Shown here: piece after piece, positions 39,216 to 48,153 of the stretch
How the letters are laid out: every line of letters starts with the position of its first letter
How positions within the stretch are numbered: position 1 is the first letter of the stretch
Virus record (IMG/VR): IMGVR_UViG_3300033442_000004
Coordinates: 32,001 to 96,000 of that record
Origin: a virus
Length of the DNA: 64,000 nt
Strand: one strand, 5' to 3'
Made by a program: the position numbers and the translations under genes
Notes under the pieces: model-generated
Database searches by the model: none
Told to the model about the DNA's origin: nothing
The model's input: only the letters and a program-made list of their open reading frames with translations

Positions 39216-39773
39216 ATGAGCTTCGTCATCAATCTCATCGGCGGCCCCGGAGCCGGCAAGAGCACCACCGCTGCAGGTGTGTTCTTCCTCCTGAAGCTCC
39301 TCAACGTCCGCTGCGAGCTGGTGACGGAGTTCGCCAAGGAGCTGACCTACGACGAGAACTGGAGCGATCTGAAGCGCCAGCTCTACGTCACGGCTGAGCA
39401 GGAGCGCCGGCAGCGGCGCCTCGTCGGCAAGGTCGACTTCATCGTGACCGACTCTCCGCTGCTGCTCGGTGTCGCCTATGTTTCCGATGAGCGCGAGCGC
39501 CACGCAGTGGAGCAGTCAGCTCGCAGCCTGTTCAACAGCTACAACAACCTCAACTTCATCATCGAGCGCGTGAAGCCGTACCAGCCGTACGGTCGCAAGC
39601 AGACCGAGGAGGAGGCGAGGGCGATCGACCAGCGCCTGTTCGACGACGTGTTCGCCCGCGAGTCCCTGATCCCCATCCGGGGCGATGAGACCGCCGCCAA
39701 GACCGTCCTTCAGGTGCTCTCGAACATGGGGCTGCTACCGGAGCTGTACGACACCTACGGCACCCCGAACTAG
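39216..39773 (+). CDS. P-loop NTPase / NadR-type nucleotide kinase
   Basis: INLIGGPGAGKSTT, VTDSPLLL, GRKQTEEEA. Confidence 0.8.
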   Translation: MSFVINLIGGPGAGKSTTAAGVFFLLKLLNVRCELVTEFAKELTYDENWSDLKRQLYVTAEQERRQRRLVGKVDFIVTDSPLLLGVAYVSDERERHAVEQSARSLFNSYNNLNFIIERVKPYQPYGRKQTEEEARAIDQRLFDDVFARESLIPIRGDETAAKTVLQVLSNMGLLPELYDTYGTPN

Positions 39774-39954
39774 CGAGTGACCGATGGCTGTCGACAGGCG
39801 CGGCGCCATGGGCGTCTCCGAAAGCATCCGCCAGCAACGGCGTGAACTTTTGGAGATGAGCCAGCAGCAGGCGCGAAACTTCTCCGAAGTGAAGCGAGAG
39901 ATCCAGCCGGACCCTCCGCCGATCCAAATCCAAACTCCCAAAGAGGAACTCAAG

Positions 39955-40632
39955 ATGGGACTTCCCCACCTGGTAATCGTCGGCGCCGATAAAGGCGGTG
40001 TCGGCAAGACCGTCGTGGCACGAACCGTGCTCGACTACTTCAAGGCTCAGGGCGTCGAAGCCCGAGCGATCGACACGCAGATGCCCGAGGGCAATCTCAA
40101 GCGCTTCCATCCCGACGTGACGGAAGTGATCGACCTGTCCAGCTCGGACGGCCAGATCAAGGTGTTCGACGCGCTGCCCAGCAGCCCGGTCACCGTGATC
40201 GACATCCAGGCCGGCTTGCTGACCCCCACGCTGACCCTGCTCAGCGAGATCGGTCTGCTCGCCATGGTCGAAGACGGCAAGATGAACGTGACCGTCATGC
40301 ACGTCGTCGGCAGCACCGTCCAGTCGCTGAGCGAGATCGAAGGCGCCGCCAAGATCCTCACGGGTTCCCGCCACTTCATCGTCAAGAACCACACCAACGA
40401 CGCCGCGTTCTTCGCCGGCCTCAACGTGTCAACCGACGCCCTGAAGATCGGCACCGCGCTGATCGACATCCCGAAGCTCGACGAGCGCGCCACCGAGTAC
40501 GTCGAGGCAGCCGCGACGTCGTTCGCCAACTACGCCAAGACCGGCGATTCCTTCACCATGCGCGGCAAGGTCGGGTTCTGGGAGAAGGGCGTGTTCGCCC
40601 AATACGACGCAGCCAAGCTGCACATCGTCTAA
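39955..40632 (+). CDS. ParA/MinD-like ATPase
   Basis: Deviant Walker A GADKGGVGKT; GAGG RBS. Confidence 0.8.
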   Translation: MGLPHLVIVGADKGGVGKTVVARTVLDYFKAQGVEARAIDTQMPEGNLKRFHPDVTEVIDLSSSDGQIKVFDALPSSPVTVIDIQAGLLTPTLTLLSEIGLLAMVEDGKMNVTVMHVVGSTVQSLSEIEGAAKILTGSRHFIVKNHTNDAAFFAGLNVSTDALKIGTALIDIPKLDERATEYVEAAATSFANYAKTGDSFTMRGKVGFWEKGVFAQYDAAKLHIV

Positions 40633-40642
40633 GGAGCAGCTC

Positions 40643-40864
40643 ATGTCTTCGATCTCGATCGTCCACCAGAAACTGCAGGTGGAAGATGCCCGTCTCGTCA
40701 CCGTGTCCGACCTCGTTCAGGACACGGACGGGAAGTGGCTCCGCATCGTCAAGTTCTACGGCGACCCGACCGTTAATGGCGCTCCGACCGCCTTCGTGGA
40801 AGTCGCCGTCCGCTCCAGCAGCAAGGCCGACCTGGAGATCCAGGCGCCGGGCTTCAAGTTCTAA
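40643..40864 (+). CDS. Hypothetical phage protein
   Basis: AAGGAG RBS. Confidence 0.7.
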   Translation: MSSISIVHQKLQVEDARLVTVSDLVQDTDGKWLRIVKFYGDPTVNGAPTAFVEVAVRSSSKADLEIQAPGFKF

Positions 40865-40878
40865 TCCAGCAAACAAGA

Positions 40879-41062
40879 ACCCCGACGGGATCGCATCTGA
40901 CTGCCTGTGCCGAAACTGGTCTCGGTAAGGGGTATCCGCCAAAGAACCTTCCACGAGGGCGCGGACTAAGTCGCACGTAGCAGCCTGCAAGAGCAGTCAG
41001 ATCGACCGCAATACGAAGTCCTGAATCAACAGGACGATCCTCTTGGCCAGAGGGCGTGGGGT
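40879..41062 (+). ncRNA. Candidate 184-nt structured RNA
   Basis: Nested stems ACCCC/GGGGT, GGATCG/CGATCC and perfect 10-bp ATCTGACTGC/GCAGTCAGAT. Confidence 0.55.
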
Positions 41063-41071
41063 CCTCTTTTC

Positions 41072-41166
41072 GCGGTGACCGGTTCGCAACGGCGGCAGCG
41101 GTGGGTCTGATCAACCTTTCTGCGTCGCTCGCCAAGACGGCGGTTCGATTCCGCCGCGCCGCTCCA
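41072..41166 (+). ncRNA. tRNA/tmRNA-like small RNA with T-arm and CCA
   Basis: GCGGTG/CGCCGC acceptor + T + CCA; GGCGG-TTCGATT-CCGCC; long central arm. Confidence 0.6.
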
Positions 41167-41185
41167 TCTCAACAACAAGAACAAA

Positions 41186-42649
41186 ATGAACAACCTGATC
41201 GACGTCTCCCCGGAGGAGGCGGCGGCCGAACTCCTGCGTCGTCGGAGGGGCCGCGAGCACCTCATCGACTTCACTGAGTACACGCTCCACAAATACTACG
41301 CCGACCCGTTCCACCACCTGGTTGCCCAGAAGCTGGAAGCGGTCGAGCGCGGCGAGATCAAGCGACTGATGCTGTTCGCTCCGCCGCGACACGGCAAGTC
41401 GGAGCTGTCCACCCGCCGCTTTCCCGCCTGGTACATGGCGAGGAACCCCGAGAAGAACGTCATCTCGGCATCGTACAACGGCGACTTCGCAACGACCTTC
41501 GGCCGCGACGTCCGCAACATCGTCCAGGGCAAAGAGTTCAAGACGCTCTTCCCGGACGCCAAGATCCGCTCCGACAATCGCGCTGCCGATGAATGGGAGC
41601 TGGAGAAGGGCGGCAAATACTTCGCGGTCGGCGTCGGCACCGGTACCACCGGTAAGGGTGCAAACCTGTTCCTGATCGACGATCCGATCAAGGACCGCAA
41701 GGACGCCAACTCCGCCTCATTCCGTCAGGACCAGTGGGACTGGTACCGCGACGTCGTTTACACCCGTCTCGAAGAGGACGCCGCAATCGTCCTCACGCTG
41801 ACGCGGTGGCACTACGACGACATCGCCGGCCGCCTGGTCGACCTGGCGCAGTCAGGCAAGGGTTTGCCGTGGGACATCCTGTACCTGCCGGCACTGCCCT
41901 ACACCAAGAAGATCAAGCGCGAGGACGGCACCGAGGATCTGATCCTCAACGACGATGGCACGGTCCCCGGCGACGCCCTCGGACGAAAACCGAACGAGCC
42001 GTTGGCGCCGAACCGGTTCTCCTATGCGGCTCTCACCGACCGCATGGACGTTCTGGGCGAACGGTCTTTCGCTGCTCTCTACCAGCAGCAGCCGATGGCC
42101 GACGACGGCGGCATGTTCAGCGCCGCCTGGTTCGAGCAGCCCGGCGAGATGCCGGCCCGCCGCGTCCGCGTGCGCGCATGGGATTTGGCCGCGACAGCTG
42201 ACGGCGACTACACGGTCGGCGTCCTGATGTCGAAGGACATGAACGGCATCTTCTACATCGAGAACGTGATCCGCTTCCGCGGCTCCGCGCTCGAAGTCGA
42301 GAAGAAGATCTTCGACACCGCGCGCAGCGACGGACACTCGGTCCAGATCGTCATCCCGCAAGACCCGGGCCAGGCCGGCAAGAGCCAGGCCCAGAATTTC
42401 ATCCGCCGGCTCGCCGGCTATCGCATCAAGGCAATCCGCCCCACAGGCTCGAAGGAGACCCGCGCTGCAGCGTTCGCTGCGCAGTGCGAAGGTCGCAACG
42501 TGAAGATGGTGAAGGCGCACTGGAATGAGTGCTTCACCGATGAGTTGGAAATGTTCCCGCTTGGCACCCATGATGACCAGGTGGACGCAGCGTCCGACGC
42601 CTTCAACGAACTCCTCGGACCTCGCAAGGCCGCGATCCTTGACTGGTAA
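41186..42649 (+). CDS. terL: Terminase large subunit
   Basis: PPRHGKS Walker A, LIDDP Walker B, TRW, WDLA, HDDQVDA nuclease motif. Confidence 0.95.
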   Translation: MNNLIDVSPEEAAAELLRRRRGREHLIDFTEYTLHKYYADPFHHLVAQKLEAVERGEIKRLMLFAPPRHGKSELSTRRFPAWYMARNPEKNVISASYNGDFATTFGRDVRNIVQGKEFKTLFPDAKIRSDNRAADEWELEKGGKYFAVGVGTGTTGKGANLFLIDDPIKDRKDANSASFRQDQWDWYRDVVYTRLEEDAAIVLTLTRWHYDDIAGRLVDLAQSGKGLPWDILYLPALPYTKKIKREDGTEDLILNDDGTVPGDALGRKPNEPLAPNRFSYAALTDRMDVLGERSFAALYQQQPMADDGGMFSAAWFEQPGEMPARRVRVRAWDLAATADGDYTVGVLMSKDMNGIFYIENVIRFRGSALEVEKKIFDTARSDGHSVQIVIPQDPGQAGKSQAQNFIRRLAGYRIKAIRPTGSKETRAAAFAAQCEGRNVKMVKAHWNECFTDELEMFPLGTHDDQVDAASDAFNELLGPRKAAILDW

Positions 42650-42669
42650 AGTCAGGACGTCCCCAAGAA

Positions 42670-44268
42670 ATGGCCGACACTCAGATCAAATACACCCCGT
42701 CCCCCAAGACGGGTAATCCCGGGCAGCTCTCGTCTGCCGCGGAAACGATGCAGATCCGCACCGCGATGCTCCGCGCCGTCTACGGCGGCACGGAGACCAT
42801 GCGGGCACAGGGCGCCACCTTCCTTCCGCAATACGAGAAGGAGTCGGACACCCGGTACCAGGCACGACTGGCTTCCACGTTCGCTCTCAACAAGCTCAGG
42901 GAGGCCGTGGATGCGGCTTCCGCCAAGCCCTTCCGAACCCTGCTGAAGGTCCAGAACGGCGATCCTGACCTCGATCTGTGGACCCAAGACATCGATTTGC
43001 AGGGCAACCACCTGCACATCTTCGGGCACCAGTATTTCAACAACTCGATGCTCGACGGCATGTGCCACCTTCTGGTGGACCATCCCGATACCTACAACAT
43101 GAAGAGCCTCGCCGATCAGAAGGCATCCGGCGCTCGCCCCTTCATGAAGATGTACAAGGTCGACGACGTGGCAGCTGCCTACGACATGTATGTCGGCGGC
43201 GACACCAAGACCGTCCACGTCCGCATCCGCAGCCAGCGCGCCGAGCGCGACGGCTTCAAGGAGGTGCTCTACAACCAGATCCGCGTGATCGAGATTGACC
43301 CGACCAAGACGTCGGGCATCGTGCAGCTCTGGGAGCAGAAGGCTCAGTCCGGCGGCTCGAACTGGGACTTCATCGAAGAGACCCCGCTGCAGAACATGGC
43401 CGAAGTTCCCTTCGTGACCATGTATGCCGGCGAAAAGGAAGCCGACTACCTGGCTCGGCCGATCTTCATCGATCTCGCCTACAAGCAGATCGAGCACTGG
43501 ATCTCCAGCTCGGACCAGCGGTCGATCCTGTCGGCGGCGCGCTTCCCGATGCTGGCGTGCTCCGGCGTCCAGATCGACCCGGAAGACGAGAAGCAGTTCG
43601 CGATCGGCCCCTACAAGGTGCTCTACGCGCCGGAAGCCAATGGCCGCTGGTACTACGTCGAGCCCCGCGGCACGGCGATCGAGAGCGGCGCCAAGGATCT
43701 CGACAAGCTCGAAATGCAGATGGACATGATGGCGCTCAACCCGGTCACGGGCACGCACCGTCAGTACGTGCCGCAGAACGAGCGCGACATCCAGGAAACG
43801 CGGGTCCACTCCGTCGTCCACGACATGGCGATCAACTGCCAGGACGCGCTGGAGAAGGCGATCAAGTTCATGGGGCAGTGGACCGGCAAGGACTACAGCC
43901 AGGTCCAGGTGATCCTGAACACCGAGTTCTCGAACACCAAGGATCGAATCGAGGAGGTGAAGCAGCTCGTCGCCATGTACGAGAAGCGCGGCATCTCGCG
44001 AGAGACCCTGTTGCGCGAAGTCTACAAGCGGAACCTGCTCGGCGACGATTTCAACATTCAGAACGAGCTGACCGCCCTGGCAGCGATCGACCAGGCCCTC
44101 ACGGCCGGCACCGATCCGAACGCCAGCGCCACCGACCCAGCCGCCGCCCCGTCGAAGACGACGGACCCGGCAGCGGCCAACAGCAACACGCCTGCAAACG
44201 GAACCGGGGGTACCCCGAAGACGTTTGATTTCCCCAACAATCAGGATCGGCCCAAAAAGCAAATCTGA
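42670..44268 (+). CDS. Portal protein (DUF4055-type)
   Basis: YGGT.TMR....FLP, Y..RL, DIDLQGN, position after terL. Confidence 0.88.
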   Translation: MADTQIKYTPSPKTGNPGQLSSAAETMQIRTAMLRAVYGGTETMRAQGATFLPQYEKESDTRYQARLASTFALNKLREAVDAASAKPFRTLLKVQNGDPDLDLWTQDIDLQGNHLHIFGHQYFNNSMLDGMCHLLVDHPDTYNMKSLADQKASGARPFMKMYKVDDVAAAYDMYVGGDTKTVHVRIRSQRAERDGFKEVLYNQIRVIEIDPTKTSGIVQLWEQKAQSGGSNWDFIEETPLQNMAEVPFVTMYAGEKEADYLARPIFIDLAYKQIEHWISSSDQRSILSAARFPMLACSGVQIDPEDEKQFAIGPYKVLYAPEANGRWYYVEPRGTAIESGAKDLDKLEMQMDMMALNPVTGTHRQYVPQNERDIQETRVHSVVHDMAINCQDALEKAIKFMGQWTGKDYSQVQVILNTEFSNTKDRIEEVKQLVAMYEKRGISRETLLREVYKRNLLGDDFNIQNELTALAAIDQALTAGTDPNASATDPAAAPSKTTDPAAANSNTPANGTGGTPKTFDFPNNQDRPKKQI

Positions 44269-44294
44269 TTGACGGGTGCAAATGCACATGGTAG

Positions 44295-44597
44295 GTGGCG
44301 CGTCCCATGGCTGAGATCGTACTGGAACTGAAAGCCGAGCAATATTTCTGCGAGCCCTGCTCATTGAAGCAGGGCACGCTGGTGCGCGAGCTTGTGCGGA
44401 TGATCCCGAAGTCCGTGGTTCTGTTCGATAAGCTGGTCGGGGACGAGTACTACTGCTGCCCGATCTGCTTCGAGCCCAAGTTCACGGTCAAGGGCAAGAA
44501 GAAGGTCAAGCATGGCGCGAAAGATCCCAAAGTGGCAGCACATTCTGAACCTGGAAGCGCGGGCGAAAGGCCTCCCGGCCCCGTACTTGTCACCTGA
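44295..44597 (+). CDS. Small Zn-binding protein
   Basis: CEPC and CPIC; TTGACG promoter upstream. Confidence 0.55.
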   Translation: MARPMAEIVLELKAEQYFCEPCSLKQGTLVRELVRMIPKSVVLFDKLVGDEYYCCPICFEPKFTVKGKKKVKHGAKDPKVAAHSEPGSAGERPPGPVLVT

Positions 44598-44793
44598 CGA
44601 CGATCCTCCGATGCCCTCCGGCAGCCTTCCGCGGCCGGAGGTATTGGGTGCTCCGCCCAGCGACAAACACGTCCAGCAGATAGCAGGAGATGTCAGGATG
44701 GCTCGCAACGTCGGGCTGGCCTTCCTGCTCGGGAAGGCGGTTCCCGCCCTGTTTGCGCTGTGGCTGATCTGGCTTTTCTTCGGCAAGCACTGA
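44512..44793 (+). CDS. Small protein with C-terminal transmembrane segment
   Basis: Hydrophobic C-terminus; overlaps the previous ORF. Confidence 0.45.
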   Translation: MARKIPKWQHILNLEARAKGLPAPYLSPDDDPPMPSGSLPRPEVLGAPPSDKHVQQIAGDVRMARNVGLAFLLGKAVPALFALWLIWLFFGKH

Positions 44794-44852
44794 TTTGCAT
44801 TTTTCTTGGGGTTGGGCTTGACAGAAACCCCATATCATGCGTATAGATTTGC

Positions 44853-45158
44853 TTGAATGCAAATGGAGTGACCGTGCAGCTCTTCCTCAGCAAAAACCTC
44901 GTCCAAGCCTTCCGCCTGCCACTCTGGGGTCAAGCCGCTGACGAGACGCCGCCGCAATGGCTGGTGACCCGGATCCAATCGGGTGAGCTGGAGATGAACA
45001 GCCTGGGCGGTCTGACTTACAGCACACCGTTCGGCGTGCAGTCCTGCGCCGCGGGCGACATCGTCGTCTTCTACGCTGACAATTCGATCGGGTTCGAGAA
45101 GCCCGAGGCCTTCGAGCGGGACTTCACTCCCGTGGAGGAAATTTCTCTGGCTGCCTGA
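44853..45158 (+). CDS. Hypothetical phage protein (start likely GTG ~44874)
   Basis: GDIVV...EKPEAFERDF pattern; TTGACA promoter and operator upstream. Confidence 0.65.
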   Translation: MNANGVTVQLFLSKNLVQAFRLPLWGQAADETPPQWLVTRIQSGELEMNSLGGLTYSTPFGVQSCAAGDIVVFYADNSIGFEKPEAFERDFTPVEEISLAA

Positions 45159-45239
45159 GCGCTCGATTAGGCTCTGCCTGCGAGATCATAGGCACACCGT
45201 ATGGGTGCCCGCTCAACACCAATCTCACTCCGACTTCTA

Positions 45240-45273
45240 GCCCGCCAGGATCAATCGCCTGGCGGGTCTTTTT
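45240..45273 (+). terminator. Rho-independent terminator
   Basis: GCCCGCCAGG/CCTGGCGGGT + CTTTTT. Confidence 0.65.
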
Positions 45274-45407
45274 GCGTCGTGGGTTCGCGCGCTCCTGGAT
45301 TCCTCCGGTAGAGCGCGATTTCAGCGGTCTCAGCTCGCATCCTGCACAAGACGGGCAGAGATACCAAAGAGCGCGCCGCACGCCCGCGCCGCCGCTGAAC
45401 AACTTCT

Positions 45408-45483
45408 TGGCATGTAGCTCAGCCGGTAGAGCACCTCGCTGTTAACGAGGGTGTCGCAGGTTCGAGACCTGCCGTGCCAGCCA
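45408..45483 (+). tRNA. tRNA-Asn(GTT)
   Basis: Canonical 76-nt cloverleaf; CCTCG-CTGTTAA-CGAGG; GCCA end. Confidence 0.95.
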
Positions 45484-45544
45484 GTCTCGTTCATCCGCCA
45501 AGGGCGGACAGAACTCTTGGGCCGCTCAGCGGCTCACCCAATTC

Positions 45545-45705
45545 GCCAGCACCGATCAACCGAGCCTCCCGGGATGGGACCTCGACCGATCGCTGCTGGC
45601 AACTTCGATTCCCCCGCTCCTGGGGGATTCACCGGACCACACGGCGGGACGCCATGGGGTCCTTTTATCACGAGGGGCGGGATGCCCCGCATTTCCGGGA
45701 TGGAT
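45545..45705 (+). promoter_or_regulatory. Leader with five GGGAY-pentaloop hairpins upstream of the scaffold gene
   Basis: Loops at 45571, 45624, 45646, 45679, 45697; the last hairpin covers the RBS region. Confidence 0.65.
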
Positions 45706-46593
45706 ATGCTCAAAGCAGTCGTTACTGATCTCAATGAACTCGACGAGGGCCTCCGCGGCTACTACGTGCAGAAGGACGGGAAGTTCTTCCTGAACGTCAC
45801 GCCGGTCGACGGTTTCCAACTCGACAACACCCAGGGCCTGAAGACGGCGCTCGGTGCGGAACGCAACAACGTTTCCGTGCTCCAGGCGCAGCTGAAGCCC
45901 TACGAAGGCCTCGACGCCGCCGCGGCTCGCACCGCGATCGAGCGTGTCACCGCCTTCGGAGACATCACGCCGGAAGCCGCGAAGACCGCGGTTGAAACGG
46001 CGGCACGACTGTCCGCACTCGATCCCACGAAAGAGGCTGAGCAGATCGCCAACACCAAGGTCGAGACCCTCAAGGGTCAACTCCAGGCACAGTGGACTGT
46101 GCGTGAGACCGAGCTGACCACCACGGTCAAGAACCTGGAGACGGCGAACAACAGCCTGACGGGGCAACTGAAGACTTTGATGGGCGACAGCCAGATCAAG
46201 TCCGAGGTCGCAAAAGCCAACCCACTGGACGACGCGCGGGATGCCGTCGAACTCCTGGTGAGCAAGTTCGTCCGCACGTCCATGAAGGACGGGAATGTCG
46301 TCGTCGATGTCATCGACGCCAACGGCAACCCGCGCATCAAGGACCACGCGGGCACCGCGTTCACCGTCGCTGATCTCGTCGCTGAGATCCGCGAGAGCCG
46401 CGCCGCTCTCTTCAAGCCTGACGAGAAGCGCGGCCTGGGGACCAACCCCAACACCCCCAGCAATCCGCCGGCCGGCGGGGTCGTGAACCCCTGGGCCAAG
46501 GAAACGCGCAACATCACCCAGCAGATGGTGCTGGAAAACACCAAACCCGAACTGGCCAAGCAGCTCAAGGCTGCAGCCGGCGTCACGGACTAA
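45706..46593 (+). CDS. Capsid scaffolding protein
   Basis: YVQKDGKFFLNV, LKTALGAER, coiled coil, C-terminal NPW.KET.N.TQQ; precedes the capsid gene. Confidence 0.8.
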   Translation: MLKAVVTDLNELDEGLRGYYVQKDGKFFLNVTPVDGFQLDNTQGLKTALGAERNNVSVLQAQLKPYEGLDAAAARTAIERVTAFGDITPEAAKTAVETAARLSALDPTKEAEQIANTKVETLKGQLQAQWTVRETELTTTVKNLETANNSLTGQLKTLMGDSQIKSEVAKANPLDDARDAVELLVSKFVRTSMKDGNVVVDVIDANGNPRIKDHAGTAFTVADLVAEIRESRAALFKPDEKRGLGTNPNTPSNPPAGGVVNPWAKETRNITQQMVLENTKPELAKQLKAAAGVTD

Positions 46594-46708
46594 CACCCCA
46601 ACACGCTCATTCTTCGCAACCGCCGGGACGTTCGCGCCCCGGCGTTTGCATGAATGCAAAAAGCTGCACCCAAAGAGGGCAAAGGCCAGTCAAACTCAAG
46701 AGTGAGAA

Positions 46709-47689
46709 ATGACTGAGACCCGTCTCGCGGACATGATCGTCCCGACCAAGTTCAACAAGTACGTCCAGGTTCTGTCGACGCAGAAGTCCGAGCTGTTCCA
46801 GTCGGGCATCATCACCGACCTGTCGAGCGTCATCGACTCCGAGATCGAAGGCAAGACGGTCAACATGCCGTACTTCAACGACCTCGATGCGTCGGACGCC
46901 GAGCAGATCCTCGACGACACGACCGACCTGACCGTCAGCAAGATGACGACCGGCCAAGACGTGGCCGTGAAGCTGCTGCGCGGTAAGGCGTTCGGCTCGA
47001 CCGACCTCGCGGCCGACCTGTCCGGCGCGGACCCGATCGACGCGATCGCCAACCGTTTCGCCGACTGGTGGAACAAGCGCATGCAGACCGCTCTGCTCGC
47101 GACCCTGGCCGGTGCCATGGGCTCGACCGACATGGCGGCCAACGTCAACGACATCTCCGCGCTGACCGGCGGTGCCGAGAACTTCGACGCCGACTCGTTC
47201 ATCGACGCGGCCTTCTTGCTCGGCGACGAGCAGGGCGGTCTGAACGCCGTGGCCGTCCACTCGCTGACCCTGAAGGCGATGGTGAAGGCCGACCTGATCG
47301 ACTTCGTGCCCGACTCCCAGGGCAAGCTGACGGTCCCGACCTACCTCGGCAAGACCGTCATCGTCGACGACGGCATGCCGGTGACCGGTGCTGGTGCGAA
47401 CCGCGTGTTCACCACCTACATCTTCGGCCCCGGCGCGATCGGTTTCGGCGAGAAGTCGCCGAAGGTGCCGGTGGAAGTCGAGCGCCAGGCTCTGAAGGGC
47501 ATGGGCCAGGAGTACATCGTGAACCGCCGCCAGTGGGTCATGCATCCGCGTGGCGTCAAGTGGCTCGGCGCGAACCAGGTCGGCGTGACCCCGTCGAACA
47601 CCGAGCTGGCCGACGTCGCGAACTGGAAGCGCGTCTACGACGCGAAGATCGTCCGCATCGTGGCGTTCAAGCACAAGCTGGCCGCCTAA
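46709..47689 (+). CDS. Major capsid protein
   Basis: TRLADMIVP..F..Y, VNMPYFNDL, TYLGKTVIVDDGMP, HPRG.KW, NWKRVY. Confidence 0.92.
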   Translation: MTETRLADMIVPTKFNKYVQVLSTQKSELFQSGIITDLSSVIDSEIEGKTVNMPYFNDLDASDAEQILDDTTDLTVSKMTTGQDVAVKLLRGKAFGSTDLAADLSGADPIDAIANRFADWWNKRMQTALLATLAGAMGSTDMAANVNDISALTGGAENFDADSFIDAAFLLGDEQGGLNAVAVHSLTLKAMVKADLIDFVPDSQGKLTVPTYLGKTVIVDDGMPVTGAGANRVFTTYIFGPGAIGFGEKSPKVPVEVERQALKGMGQEYIVNRRQWVMHPRGVKWLGANQVGVTPSNTELADVANWKRVYDAKIVRIVAFKHKLAA

Positions 47690-47725
47690 TCGTCAGCCCT
47701 CTGACGGTTAACAGCTGAAACACAA

Positions 47726-47762
47726 AACCCTCCCTGGCTCTCGCAGCTGGGGAGGGTTCTTT
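47726..47762 (+). terminator. Terminator after the capsid gene
   Basis: AACCCTCCC/GGGAGGGTT stem + CTTT. Confidence 0.6.
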
Positions 47763-47781
47763 GTGAGTCTGGAGATCAAGA

Positions 47782-48144
47782 ATGCTCGGAGCAAAAGGCT
47801 TTCGAACCCGTGAAGCGACCGCGAACTACAAGCGTCGCATCCGTAAGCTCGTGACGGACGAGGTCCGTGCCGCACGCTTCGCCAACCTGCACGGCAATGC
47901 CGAGGCATCCCCGGAGCCGGTCGCTCCTGTCGAGCCCGTCGAGCCGGCTGCGACCGAGACCGCCCCCGAGGCCGTCGAGGAGCAGGGCGCGGAGACGAAT
48001 ACCGAAGACAATTCCGCTGACGAAACCGGCGATGAAGCCGGCGACGAAGGCGAGGGCGACAGCGAAGAGACCCCCGACACGGAGGGTAAGCCCGCAACGC
48101 CGAAGAAGAAGGGCGGCAAGACCGCCAAGAAGAAGTCCGAGTAA
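47782..48144 (+). CDS. Acidic low-complexity hypothetical protein
   Basis: ORF with GGAG RBS. Confidence 0.65.
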   Translation: MLGAKGFRTREATANYKRRIRKLVTDEVRAARFANLHGNAEASPEPVAPVEPVEPAATETAPEAVEEQGAETNTEDNSADETGDEAGDEGEGDSEETPDTEGKPATPKKKGGKTAKKKSE

Positions 48145-48153
48145 TCGGCAGGA

